A stretch of 64,000 nt of DNA from Octopus sinensis. Lineage: Eukaryota. A model generated the notes under the pieces. The model saw only the letters and a list, made by a program, of their open reading frames with translations. It made no database searches and had not been told where the DNA came from. Position 1 is the first letter of the stretch, and each line of letters opens with the position of its first letter. The position numbers and the translations under genes are program-made. Location of the stretch: contig NC_043007.1 in NCBI RefSeq assembly GCF_006345805.1, positions 38,440,001 through 38,504,000 on the forward strand, given 5' to 3'. This document shows, piece after piece, positions 13,061-26,989 of the stretch.

Positions 13061-14594
13061 GAGCGCATTTATTTTTTTTATAGTGGGAACAGCTGTATCA
13101 AATATTCCTTATAAAATTGGTCTTGTGCATAAAAAAGAAATCAATGATTGGAGGATGAGAGAGAGAGAGAGAGAGAAGTGGGAAGGGTAAACATAATATC
13201 TCTTGCACGACCCATACAAGAAGTGGCTGCAATCGTGTTGTCAAAGAAAGGAGAAGGAAAAAAAGGACATGACAGGAAAACAAGTTAATAGAAAGTTATG
13301 AATGAAAAGAAAGTTATCAAGTTATGAATGAAAATTTTTTGTGGTAGAATTGAAATGTGTGTTTCCGCTGAATGAAAAATATTCTTGTAGCACCTGTAAT
13401 AGTATTCCAGTTTCCACTAAAAGCAATGTATTTGCACGATGTGTTAAGAGGCAAGTCAGTCGTGACACAGACCAACTCACTCGTTAGTTCTCAATCTAGT
13501 GTAACCAGTGAATGCTGAACTTTCAGACATAGGGTGAGGGGCAAATTAAATAACTTCTACTGCAATTGAAACCAGAATGTAGAGTCAGCTGATGTAGGCA
13601 ATACTACTTTATCACAAATCTGCAAGTCTTGCAACACACAGAACCAACAACATTTGTGGAACTATATATAGATAGTAGAAGTATATATAAATCAAGCTAT
13701 CCTATGGTTGGTTGCAGAGCTTGAAAGCTGAAATATTTTGAGTTTGCATCACTATAGAGATTAAGTAGAAAATTACAAAGAAACAAGCACAAGAAAACTT
13801 ATTCCTCATTTACGATTCTACAATCCTCACCACCATCACCACAATAACAACCACCACCCCAACCTCACCACTGCTGCTGCCACCATTCCCTATCCCACCT
13901 CCCATGTTGGTGTAAGGAAATTCTAAGAAAAGCTGATTATCATATAAGAATAGTAAATATAAAATATATAGACCCAGAAACACACTAATAAATATACATG
14001 TGTATATACACACATAATGTGAAATAAACCCATAACCATAAAAAAAAAACCCACACACAAACATTAAAAAAAAGTATTCATTTTCCCCCCTCAAATACTC
14101 TTTAAGAAAAAAAATACATCACACATACCCTTGAAACACATAGCACAACACACATACACACACACACACACAGATAACATGAAAGTGTTGATACACCAAA
14201 GTGGTGAAGAGAAAATAATATTGACATTGTCTTAAGAAAAACAGGAAGTTACTCAGCCCAAACAAGCATGTAGTTATCAATATAGACATTTGGCACGATT
14301 CCCTTCAGTGAGATACAATTCCAAATACAAATAATTTTTTCGCCTTATTATCATAATATCAGAAATGATGAACCATCTTTTCTTTATCTTTTTACTAATT
14401 TTAATAACACATCCAAGTGTTGAGCCATCAGGTTATTATTATTGTTATGTATAACAGATGATGGGAGGGGAAATATCAGAGAATCCAACACTTTTGGAGA
14501 ACGAAAGCAATTTATGCATGTATGTGTCTGCATGCATGCAAGTACATGAAGTTGCATAAATAATGAGGTGTGGCACACATACAAACAAAATTAT

Positions 14595-14962
14595 ATCTTT
14601 TATCTTACTTGTTTCAGTCATTAGACTGTGGCCATGCTGGGGTGCTACCTCGAAGAATTCTTAGTTACGTGAATCAATGCCAGTATTTTTTTTTAATCCT
14701 GGTACTTATTCTATCGGTCTCTATTGCCAAACCGTTAAGTTACAAAGATGTAAACACACCAACACTGGTAAAATGGTAGTAGGGGACAAACATAAAGACA
14801 CACAAATATATGACAGTTTCCTTCTACCAAATCCACTCTGAAGGCTTTGGTTGGCCAGTGGCTATAGTAGAAGATACTTGCCCAAGGTGCCATGCAGTGA
14901 GATTGAACCCAGAACCATGATGTTGGAAAGCAACTTTCTTACCATACAACCATGTCTGCACC
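14595..14962 (-). mobile_element. tRNA-derived SINE family A
   Basis: Reverse-complement copy of the 22954-23352 element. Confidence 0.75.
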
Positions 14963-16189
14963 TGTATGTGTGTGTATATATACATAATATATCATCATTT
15001 AACATCTGCTTTCCATGCTGACATGGTTTAACTGAAACTGGTAAGCTGGAGGACTATGTCACGTTCCAATCTGATTTGGCATGGTTTCTATAGCTGGATG
15101 CCCTACGTAATGCCAACCACTCCAAGAAGATCTCAAGCATGGCATATCACCAAAGGTCTCAGTCACTTGCCATTGCCTCCACAAGGCCCAATGTTCGAAG
15201 ATCATGCTTCACCACCTTGTCCCATGTCTTCCTGGGTCTACCCCTGGCACAGGTTCCCTCCACAGATATTGGCACTTCTTTACACAGTTGTCCTTGTCCA
15301 TCTCATCAATTTTATTTGATGTCCACTTTTCCATATAAGCATGAATCAAAGGAAATTTGTGGAAGCAGATTTTCTATGGCCAGATGCCCTTATTGCCACC
15401 AACCCTAATCTGTTTCCCCTAGTCCTTCCAGCATGAACAGAACAATAGCCAGAAAGAATTTCTTAGAAGACTGCAAATGAATAACACTGCTTCTATAATG
15501 GTGATTTTCATTGAAAAGTAGTGTATTAACATGGGACATGAGCACACACAGAGACACACACATACATGATGGACTTCTTTCAGTTTCCATCTACAAATCC
15601 ACTCACAAGACTGGCTGCCTAAAGTTATAATAAAAGACACACAAGGTGCTATGCAGTGAGATTGTTGCTGCAAAGCCAATTACATGACCACACAGTTATG
15701 CCTGTGGCTGTACCTGGGTGTGTGATCATTCATATCATTGCTTTAACATCTACTCTTCAATGCTTGATTGTGTCAGATGAGACTACACTGAGGTAAGGTA
15801 TTCTATGGCTGGTTGCCCTTTCTGATGTCAATCATCATCTGTTTCCAGGTAAGATAAGCTGGACATGCTATTGTGATGAACTGCAAGTAAATGACAGTGC
15901 CTGTATAAACAGTGACACTTTCTGTTTCCTATCACCACACGTGTAAAGGTATGGGAAAATAACATGAATTCCCTCACACAACAGATTTCTTCTGTTTCCA
16001 ACATCAACTTCATTCACAAGGTTCAAGTGCTGTTGGCTATGATAGAAGTCAATTGGCAACAGCATCCACACAGCCAGGCCTGTATCTAATGTGTGCCTAA
16101 ATGCATGTATGTTAGTATATAACAAAGTATGTAAGTGTGTATACTGGATTTGACATAAAGCATATATATATATATATCTCAGAACAACA

Positions 16190-17250
16190 CATTCCATTTT
16201 TCATTAGATTCATTGACTTTACAAAAGCTTCCAACAGGGTGGGATGAGAGGGCTTATAAACCCTGCTCAAAACATATAGATGCCCAGATAAGCTTGTGGA
16301 GATTGTCAAGCAATGTTGCAATGATATGTCAGCCATTCTCTCTTGAAAACAGCAGCTCAGACCCTTTACCAGTTACCCATAGAATAAAACAAAGCTCTGT
16401 ATTCACTCCAATGCTATTTGCATTATTTCCAGGTACTGTGCTTAAAAAGCTAGCAAGTAATCACAGAGGTGGTGTGTATATCTGCATAAGAGTTGATGGT
16501 GGATTGTTGAACAATATGAGGACTAATATACATTGGAAGCGATGTGAAGTGTGTATTTGCAAACTTCTTTTCACCAATGACTTAGCTTTGGTAGCTTATT
16601 CCATAAAAGATACCCAGAAAATTATACGTTCTTTTCAATGTGTGGCATCACCTTTCACCCAATCAATAAATGTGAAAAAGCCTGATATCTTGCACCCACC
16701 GAAACCTGGAGTTCTGGCACACAAAATCCTGACCATTACAATTGCAAATAAGCCTCTAAGAAAGAAAATGCTTGCATATTTAGAGAGTACAATTACTTAC
16801 AACAGCCTGGATGTGAAGGTGAATCATAGAATACAATTGCGTTCATGAAGCTTGAAGATCAATCATGAAAATAATATGGCATAAAACTGTCATCAAAATG
16901 AAAAGTCTACCAAGCAGTTGCACTATCCTGACTGCTGTATTCTACTGAGACCTACACATTGTATCACTAGCATGTAAAAATGAGCTGTCAGTTATATCAG
17001 CCACAATCTAAAAGGGACAATCCTTGACAAGACTACATCATTGATCAAGAGGTCCTACATCATTGATCAAGAGGTCCTACAACATACCAAAAATATACCT
17101 GAAGTCAAGTCCATTCTGATGGAATAGCAGTTGCGCTGATGGGACATTTGATCCATATTAAAGACACCAAGATCTCTAAAACTGTCTTACAATGAATTGA
17201 GATGTGGAAACTATCAAAGAAAGTGTCCAAAACTCTGTTTAAGGATGTTA
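16190..17250 (+). mobile_element. Degraded RTE-like LINE reverse transcriptase remnant
   Basis: ORF 16213-16848 has decayed RT motifs: VTHRIKQSSVFTPMLF (GVKQGCVLAPxLF), LLFTNDLAL (LLFADD) and YLESTI (YLGS). Frameshifted ORF2 remnants continue downstream. Confidence 0.85.
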
Positions 17251-20200
17251 TAGGCACAATCCACCTGATAACCTTCTGCACAGTTTCCATCTATCCAATT
17301 TCACTCACAAGTCTTCAGTTTACCCAGAGTTGTGGTAGATAACACTTACCTAAGGTACTCTGCAATAGGGTCATTCTAAACAAATTTTCTTGTTTTATAA
17401 ACATCCTAATTACTTCCCTTGGAAATTTTTTCGTCTCTAATGAAAAGCAATAATCTACGAATTATTTCCCTTGATTCACTCTTCAAATGCTGCTTTAAAA
17501 TGGTTTTAAAATTTCATAATTTCGACTCCTATGAACATTTGTTTGTCTGAAAATTTGTTTGTGATCCACATTCATCCTCAGACAAGAAACTTGAGATTTT
17601 AGAATTTTGGAGAAAAAGTAACGAAACACAGCACTGTTCATACTGTTTGAAGAGCATTTTAGTGGCCTAAACCCACAGAAATGGTTTTAAGTAGGTATCA
17701 AAATGTGTTGTTGATTCTGCTTGCAAAACTAGGGTTGCAACCAGTACACTACAATGCCTTCCAGTAATGTCAGGAGAAAAACTTTCCATTATTTGTTTTA
17801 GAATACATAAGCTGTGCAAAAAAGGGTGCTGTTGATAGGTTAATTGACTGTCGAACAAAACCACCAAAGTATTAAGCATTTGCATCCTATTATTGGAACA
17901 GTACTTATGTTTATGGCTTAAAATATTACTTCAATTCTTGTTTGCTCATTTCAGTCAGCTGAAGACAGATACCATGCACTAAGCACAATGGAAAAAGTAA
18001 AATGGTACAGAATTGGTGAGGCCTGGGGCAAGAATTTTGTTGTTTCTTTGGTAAAACTATTATTCTACAGGCCTTAAAAATATATGAAGATTTGGTTTCT
18101 AATCTCCGTCAAGCCAAGGAAACAGAGCTAGATACTACACTAGCAGCCAAAAGTATAGATTGCTATTATAAACAATGTGTTTTGTTAGTTTTCAGTATTG
18201 TTCTCAAAATCTTCTGAATAGACCTAGATGATGTTAATAGGAAACCACTACTTTGAAAATCCAGCAGTTGTTTCATTGTCAGGATCCTTGAGTGTCCTGC
18301 AAAACTTGGTGGTAATTAGGACAGATTACAAAGAGAAACAACACATTAGAAGTATAATGGTTGTTTGTTTGTATAACTTGCAAAACTCAGGCATTGAAGT
18401 CAGATGCAGCAACAGTTTGTAACAAGACTAGTCAAATTGATGGGAACCAAAGGAATGACCCCTATCTGCTTCTCATTCTAAAGTAGAACTGAAATATATA
18501 AATAGAGACCACACAAAACAAACAAAATAGCTACAATTGAAAATAAAAAAAGAAACATGAAATCAATAGTTTCTGAAACTGAAAACACTTGTCAAAGTAT
18601 ACAAACCAAAACAACAAAAAATATAACTTCAAAGTCTCAAAATTAATTTAATGGACAAGCGAAATTAAAAATTCAATTTACTATTAAATCTTCATTGACA
18701 GATTTCTTTATATATATATATGTATATGTATCTATGTATGTCTGAGGTTACAAATATACAATAAGAGTTGTATAGTAGAGTAGGCTAGCAATACATACCC
18801 TGAAAAAATGATAAACATTCTGAAACCAATATTATGCCTTACTCTTGAAGAACTCTATGAAATATTTCTTACGAATTTACTTTAAAAAAATGATGGCCTC
18901 TCAAAAGGCAAATCAGTTACATATTCAGTGACTGACAGTTATGTTTGCTATTAAGAAGTCTCAAAACAAAAAACTAATCAGATTAGCTTTTTGATTCACA
19001 ACAATCAAAAATGCTTAATTGCATTTATAATGAACTTTTTTTTTTTTGAAGAATTCTTAGATGAGTATAGCCAAATATGGTTTTCAGAATATTTATTTCA
19101 ATAATCATGTATTTTGGGTATAAATGAATTTTATGACTTCTTTTGTTTGTATAATTACAACATCAACCATTACTATTTATAGAGAAAATGGTAAAACCTA
19201 AGTAAAAACAAAGGCACTGGCTCAAGTGCTGCTATTATGAAAATCTTAACTTATATGGCATTTGATCACCTAATTTCATTACCAACACTGCTATACCACT
19301 GAAAACTGGTTTCTGAAATTTGCTTGTGTAATACACTCAAACAATAATATCTACTAACTTCCTTCAGGCTATATATGCATTGTAGTTTAAACCTTATAGT
19401 ATGATATATACATATAACAATTAAGGGTTTTCTTCTCTGTCAGAACATACTTATACTTACATGTGTTGACTTTCACTAAGAAATTGGTTAAACTAGCACC
19501 AACTAGTGATTCCAGAATATGAGGATGAGATTGTAAGAGAAAAACTAATTCCAACTTACTTAGAGCCACAGCAACTTGAAGTAACAAGTTGCTGAACCTT
19601 CCAGCTGAAAACAAGTTATTTATATGTATCTAAGTATTACAAGCTATCTATATGTATTCCATCATTAGCACTATATTACACTTAGCAAAAGACCTATAAC
19701 ATTCAAAGACAATTGACCAAACAGTAAAAAGAAATTGGTACCACAGGGTAGTGCAACTCACTCCTATATGCAGTTGTGAGGAAAAAGGAGCAAGATGTTT
19801 TTTATGAGTGCTTTGTTTACTTGCAGTGTTAATCTGAAATCTTTCCATAGTTGCTGGAAAGCATTCCAGTAAAAAAAACCTTCAACGGTGCCTCGTTAAA
19901 TAACAGAATCACTCCCTCCCATTATTTGTAAATATTTTTCCATCTGAGTTCTGTGATTAGTGTTAGAAAAGATATACAAACAATTAACAAAACAAAAATA
20001 GGAAGAAAAAAAAAATTGTAATAAAAAAGCAAAAATTATTAAAACAGCAAAAACAGTAAACACCTGCTCCAACAATTCGTGCAAATGCCTGAATTTGCAG
20101 AACCATTCACCCACTAGTGACGAGAAGAATCAATGTAAACAAAACTGTTATGACATAAAACCACATAAGTAAGATAAACATGGATTATTATTATTGAACA

Positions 20201-20870
20201 TATAAAAAGTATTTAATTTGTTAGAAGAGAAAATAGGGGGTAGTGAAACAAATATAAAAACACCAAGTTAATTAACAAGAATATTAATTAGAAACAAGGG
20301 TTATTTCTATTAAACTAAAGAAGGTTAGTAGAAAAGAAAATTATTTCTGTATTGTTTTTGGAGGTGAGTGGGGGAGGGGAGTTCTAATTAAATTTGTATT
20401 CACAATAGATTTTTTTTTAAATCTAAATTTTTATTTTCTATTGAAGCAAACTGTTTGTATTTTCAAAATTTGTAAAAATGCATTTCCAGTTGAATTTTAA
20501 AAAAAACTGCCTATAGTTTTTGACTTAACCCTTATTGTTTCTGTATATATCATACATGCATTCATTTACCTGAATCCACACACACACTTAACACATAACA
20601 TATATACATGTAAACATTTTGTTTTTATATCATGTTATTTTATGCCGTTGCATTGTTGGGTATAACTGGTTCCACAAGGTACTTTTTGCTCAATGCACCT
20701 GATTTTCAATACAAACACACATATATACAAATCCATACCTTTCTATCATATCTACCTATCTTTTATATATATTATCAATAATAATAAAGGGTAAAATTAA
20801 TTAATCAATTTATAATTAATAATCTTACCAAGTAGTTCAGTATGTTAAAAGAACCATTATTGGTAAACTT

Positions 20871-21091
20871 ATACAAAAATATTATAATTATAAACATAAT
20901 TATAATTAAGGTTTAGCAAAATTGCTTCACCACGTATCAAAATTTAGAAATAGCAGTTAAATACTATTCTACTACCAAGATATCTTATGGTAGAATAGCA
21001 TTTAACTGCTATTTCTAAATTTCGGTATGTGGTGAAGCAATTTTGCTAAACCCTAATTATAATTATGTTTATAAGTATAAAATTTTTGTAT
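20871..21091. repeat. Long imperfect palindrome with ~110-bp arms and no spacer
   Basis: The left arm is the reverse complement of the right arm with about 10 differences; centre aagatatctt at 20977-20986. Confidence 0.95.
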
Positions 21092-21312
21092 GTGTTATAT
21101 ATATATGCAAGTATGCATACATGATGGACTTTCACACAATTTATGACAACTAAATGTTGATACAAATGCATTGGTCTACAAGATTGGAAACTTCCCCCAA
21201 GTTACTGCATAGTGTGATGGCAGTTGTGACCATATATGTGTGCATGTGTGAGTGCATACATACACGGACACACACACACATACATACACACACACACACA
21301 CACACACTAGAA

Positions 21313-21628
21313 CAGTGGTTCTCAACTGGGGTCCATATGATCCATGGAGGTCCATATAAAATTGGAGGGAGGTTCAACAAGCAAACTAGAAAATAGGGGA
21401 TCCACAGTAGTATATTAGGGATCAGTGAAAATTTTTTTTACTTTAGATGTATTTATTGCAAAAAACAGCTTGCTTTCTTTCTTTAATGTTTTATGAAAAA
21501 CGAAAGAGGAATTTTGAGAGAAATATCTATAAAATTAATTTTTAAACTTCGAGTAGCAATAGGGGTCCATCAGAGTACAATAGTAATCAAAGAGGTCCAT
21601 AGGTAAAAAAAACAGTTGAAAACCACTG
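21313..21628. mobile_element. hAT (Buster/Charlie-type) MITE
   Basis: TIRs cagtggttctcaact / agttgaaaaccactg; perfect 8-bp TSD CACTAGAA at 21305-21312 and 21629-21636 with central TA. Confidence 0.9.
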
Positions 21629-22025
21629 CACTAGAACATTACTTGGCATATAATGGGTAATTTAGAAAGTGTACTTTTGCCAACATAGATAACATCAGAA
21701 GATACAACACACATACAATAATCATAATTTAATTTTCATCAAATTTTTTTGGTGCTTATACAAAAAGATGAAATGAATGCTAATTTTCAAAAAGGTATTG
21801 CCTTAAAATAAAATTTAATAAACAAATTTCTTATTTGTGTAATTTTTCCCATGACAACTTTGTCATTTACTCCCTCTATTCCGCCTTCTCCTGCCACCAA
21901 GCCTTGTATGTGCACTCATCTTGCACCTCTTACTTTAACTCTCTTCTCCTCTCTCTTCATGATGTATAGTGTGACTGGAATATCGACCAACCAACCAACA
22001 TTTATATCAGCTACTATATATACAT

Positions 22026-22058
<33 letters not shown>

Positions 22059-22953
22059 CAAACATGTGCGTGCACACACACACACACATATACACACATA
22101 CAAACAGAATGAGAGAGAGAAGGGGAAGAAGGAGTGCAGTGTGAACTGGTGGATGAGTAATGTTAAACTGAGTACAAGTGAGCGGAGGAAGTGAGTAAAA
22201 CATTAGTCAAAAGGTAGAATTATGTAAGAGATGACTACACTACAGTTAGATCATATAATGTAAATAGAGAAATATGGCATAAGCTTGAGCGGAAAAGGGA
22301 TACCTAGTAGTCAAAGATACCCACATTAATAGAAAACAGATCAAAGAACACTCAAGATGGAAGACGTTAGGGTAGGTTTTTTGAAACCGACAAAACAAAA
22401 TGCTGATATAAGAGCTGAAGACATGGAGAAAAAAACTGTATTGTAAGACGAGTTAAGCCAGTAGTAACACTGAAAGAACTGATGTAAAAACTGATGAAAG
22501 ATACTGCTGCTGCTGCTGGTGGTGATATTAAAGAAATCCTTAGTTAATTATATTTAGATAGAGTAGACACCCAACATGCCTGCCTGTCTTGAGTCACCAC
22601 TGACTACTCCTACTCCCCTCTGTCTCCTACATTTCCATCTGAACTTTAGAGCAAGGATGAATGTAAACAGAGGTACTTTGGTAATACTAATAACTAATTT
22701 AACCACAAACTCTTGTCAAAACATTAACTGTACAACATTCACAACTGGTTACTGTACTACATATAATAATGTAACTGTTGTCAATGAGTTTGTCTTTCAG
22801 ACTCCTACTGCTGTTGCTGCTTGCATGGTCTGTAGTGTTTGCTCTGCCATTACATATAAATATTCATACAGTCAAAATTATGCTGTCATATGTTAACTCA
22901 TTCATAACCACAGCTGTTGTTAGCAGAATATAACAGTGTTTAAAAAAAAAAGT

Positions 22954-23352
22954 GCACAGGAGTGGCTGTGTGGTAAGTAGCTTGCTTACGAACCACATGG
23001 TTCCGGGTTCAGTCCCACTGCGTGGCACCTTGGGTAAGTGTCTTCTACTATAGCCTCGGGCCGACCAAAGCCTTGTGAGTGGATTTGGTAGACGGAAACT
23101 GAAAGAAGCCCGTCATATATATGTATATGTATGTATGTGCGTGTTTGTGTGTCTGTGTTTGTCCCCCCAACATCGCTTGACAACCAATGCTGGTGTGTTT
23201 ACATCCCCGTAACTTAGCGGTTCGGCAAAAGAGACCGATAGAATAAGTACTAGTCTTACAAAGAATAAGTCCTGGGGTCAATTTGATCGACTAAAGGCGG
23301 TGCTCCAGCATGGCCACAGTCACATGACTGAAACAAGTAAAAGAGTAAAGAG
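22954..23352 (+). mobile_element. tRNA-derived SINE family A, near full length
   Basis: A-box-like tggctgtgtggtaag, B-box-like gggttcagtccc, internal (TA/TG)n, and tail gactgaaacaagtaaaagagtaaagag. At least 10 copies in the window. Confidence 0.85.
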
Positions 23353-23877
23353 AACACACACACACAATAGGTGAGTATCATGTTTTTGCTAATTGTTTTC
23401 AGCATCCATGCAGCTGCAAACACATAGACATTCTACGCACTCCTACTTTTGACGTAGCAGGACATCCAGGATGAGACAGCTGGAAGGAAAGAGAGCTTTC
23501 CCTGCACTCAACTGGTACTCATTTTCAGTTGAGTAGACTGGGACAACATTGAAACAAGGTGTCTTACTCAAGAAACTTAATGCTCTGCATAATCCAGGAA
23601 TTGAACCCTCAACCTCATAATTGCAAGCCCAACACTCTAACCACTAGGCCACATGACTTCACTACATTTAACTATTAAGGCTAAAAAAAAAAAAGGGAAA
23701 TCCTATTACTTGTGTATTAAAAATAAGAACCAGAGTTGATTGAGTCAACTGGGTTTTTGACATTAAGGCAAGTCAGTGGTTTATGATAGATCTTTTTCTC
23801 TCAAGCTTGCTCCACTGAACTATAAAAAGGTGTGACAAGATGGACAAGATGCGACCAGACGTGAGCAGCAACAACAA

Positions 23878-24135
23878 TCTACTATAATAATACTCTTGTA
23901 TTTTCCTCCGTCACAACATATGAATGAGAAAGGAAGGGGTGATAGCAAACTGATAATGGGAGCATTTCAACTCTGTATGAGTATATGTGTGTGTGTACGT
24001 AAAAGAGAGGTGTGTGTGTGTGTGTGTGCAATAGAAGTGGGATGCTGAACATTCAACGCCGAAAAGAAAAATCATACAGCGTTTCAACTCTAAAATACAA
24101 TTAGCCGTCATTTTTGACGGCATGGGGTCAGCTGG
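23878..24135 (+). mobile_element. Short non-autonomous Helitron
   Basis: 5' A|TCTACTATAATAA; GC hairpin gccgtca-tttt-tgacggc (24104-24121) lies 10 nt before the 3' CTGG|T. Confidence 0.75.
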
Positions 24136-26989
24136 TAACATTATAAAATTGACAAGTACTTTGTTAGATTGCAGTGCTGAATTGGTGTCTTTCTGTGAAT
24201 TTAAAGCACAATTAAAAAGGCCAAACGACAAATCTTAATTTTAACTTTACTCCCAAGACAACAAGAAATCAACATATAAACTAAGATGAAGTTGATGAAG
24301 GGCTCTTGTGCTCTATATAGTATCAAACTAGACAAGAGACATTTCAAAGCAATCTTTGTTTTTTCTGTATACAAAAAAACAAGATGTATTTACATCTGTT
24401 TAAACTTCTACAGCAAAGATCTTTAAAAAAACCAAAAAAAAACTGTAGCTTAACTACTTTATCTTAAGTTTTCTAATACTGGCTGTGTTATGTATAAATA
24501 TTAATGAATATAATTAGTGTTTCTCATAGAAGGGTATCCAGCTATAGAAACCATGCCTTGAACAAGACATGGTCCTCCTATATACTGAGTCATGTTGAAC
24601 TGTGCAACTCATGCTAGCATGGAGAGTGGATGTATGATGATGGTGACACACACACACACACACACAAAATTGTCACTAAATGCGACTAAGGTGTTAGAAA
24701 CACCTACATTGCTAGAAATAAGAGCTAAAATGCTCTACTGCTGTAGTCAACGCATATACTTCTGTGTATATATATACAGACAGGGAATATAATCGTCTGA
24801 AAACACTGTTTGAAAATTCGTTATACTTATTTTAGTTTTGGCAATTTCCATTGCCTCATCAGTAAGGACTCGCTCTACTTCGGCAGATTTCAGACTTATT
24901 TCTCTGCCTTGCTGTACATTATAATTTTATATATATATATATCATTCACATTTATTTTTCTGTACTAGCATAGTCTAGACCATCATCATTATGAATGTCT
25001 CCTTTTCCATGCTTGCATAGGTCAGATGGGTTTGTTGATGTAGATTTTCTATGGCCAGATGTGTTTCCAGTTGCCAACCCTCACCCGTTTCCAAGAATGG
25101 CTAGAAGTGTTTCACAGGAGACTGGACACAAACAGCATTGTTATTATGATGGTGACACACATCCACAACCATCTCGTGACGTCAAGATGGGCATGGGTGT
25201 GCATGTGCGCACGCACACACATACACACACAACAAGCATCTTTCTACAAAATCCACTAACAAGACTTTGGTCGGCTCAGGGATAAAGTGGAAAGCACTTG
25301 CTCAAAGTGCCACACAATGCATCGGAAACCACAAGGATGGGAAGCAAACTTCTTAACCACAAAACCATGCTTGTTCCTATTTCTTAAAATCAAAACATTC
25401 ACGTCATTCCTGAAAATCTTGCCAGAATGTTAAAAAAAATTCTCAAGAAAAGTACAGTAGCATCCTCTTTATGTCTGCCTCACTGTAATGATTAAGCAAA
25501 ACAATAATGTGTCTTGTTTTAATAAGGATTCATAATGAACAGCTGACAGTAAGATTTGAAACATCTACATTGTAAGCCAACATGGTTCTGCTGCTATATT
25601 TCTTTTCAGGGTGTGTGCATGCTCAAACGTGTGTGTGTGCATGCGCTCACATTTTTATCACCTTGTGCATGTATAAATGCCTGATGTGTCTTTAACAGTC
25701 GTAGTATGTAGAATTGGCTGTACCATCAAGACAAAGCAAAACACCTGTAGAGAATTTGAATGTGAGCTTGTAAAATGATGATCAACACACACACAAATGT
25801 GTACACATGTATCTATACACACATATGTATGCATAAATATACACACACACTCAGTCATTTTACACCAACAGCACAGAACGATGCCAGTAATATGAGTCAA
25901 TTCACAAGGCTTAAAGCCAAGAGGCTAATAATATATTATTACCAATACAGCTGCTCCAACTCCTTATCATATGACTATATGTGAATATGTTTCTGTATGT
26001 CAAACTTACTGTTATTTTACCATCATTCAACCCATGACTATACAGTTTGTTTGTTTTTGGTACGTTATATTCAAGACTACTTAATCCAATAAGTATATTT
26101 ACCCATTTTTAAGACAAGTATTGTTATAAAATTTTAAGACAATATGGCTAAAAATTTTAGGAGTTTGGGAGCACTCACACAGAAGCCTTTTTACTGACTA
26201 CATGGCCAACAGTAAAAATTGAAGAGCAACTGAGATCACCTTGCTCCTTTACTGTAGCTGTTACCAGAATCTACAGGTATATAGAAATCCAATGGACAAA
26301 AGGAAGGCATGCAACATGTCCAGACTGACATCACTGCACTGTGTATGATTCATCACTCCATGTCAGAGTGTGCAGTATAGTTCTCTACTAAGCAGAGGCA
26401 GAATATATCTGAGAAAAAAAAACAAAACAAGTCTGCCTGATCTGAGCTCAACCAGAGTTACAGTAGGAACACTGTATGTAAATGCATACGAACCCATGTT
26501 AAATAGCTCCACTGAATCTCAAGATAGCTTAGACACTTCGATCATACACACAATATAAAGATTAAGATAGGGCATGACCTCACAAAGAATCAAAGCAGTA
26601 TAGTAGAGCAGTTCTATGAGCCAAGATTGGTTTATAAAAAAAAAAAAAAAATTAGAAGTAAAAAAATAACCTTCAGAAACAATAATGACCAAACCAATTA
26701 AAAACACACACTTATCAGACACAGCACAATCAGCATATTTCAATTACAACTTCAGCTATCTAGTAAACATGTAACTAAGAAGATAACATTAAATAGTCAA
26801 ATAATAAATAAATGCAATTAAAACATACAGCTATTAACATACAAAATATCCCTTGTCAAATTGTGGATGGGTACACAACACATTTAGATGCCTGCCAGTG
26901 ATATTGCAACTAGCAATTAATGAAATTTTGTTAAACTAAGTGTGTGTGTGTGTGTGTGTGCATGCATGCACATGTGTGCCCATTTATAT

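Noticed and set aside
17400-18420. Possible DIRS-like RT/RNase H remnant on the minus strand
   Set aside because: Only faint motif resemblance; it cannot be supported without a translated search.
18843-18854. In-frame 12-nt unit SSSR (tag|AGTTCTTCAAGA|gtaagg)
   Set aside because: The pyrimidine tract is poor and contains nearby AGs; indistinguishable from chance.
24078-24089. 12-nt stop-containing microexon-like unit on the minus strand (tag|AGTTGAAACGCT|gtatga)
   Set aside because: It lies inside the mini-Helitron, and the adjacent hairpin is explained as the Helitron 3' signal.
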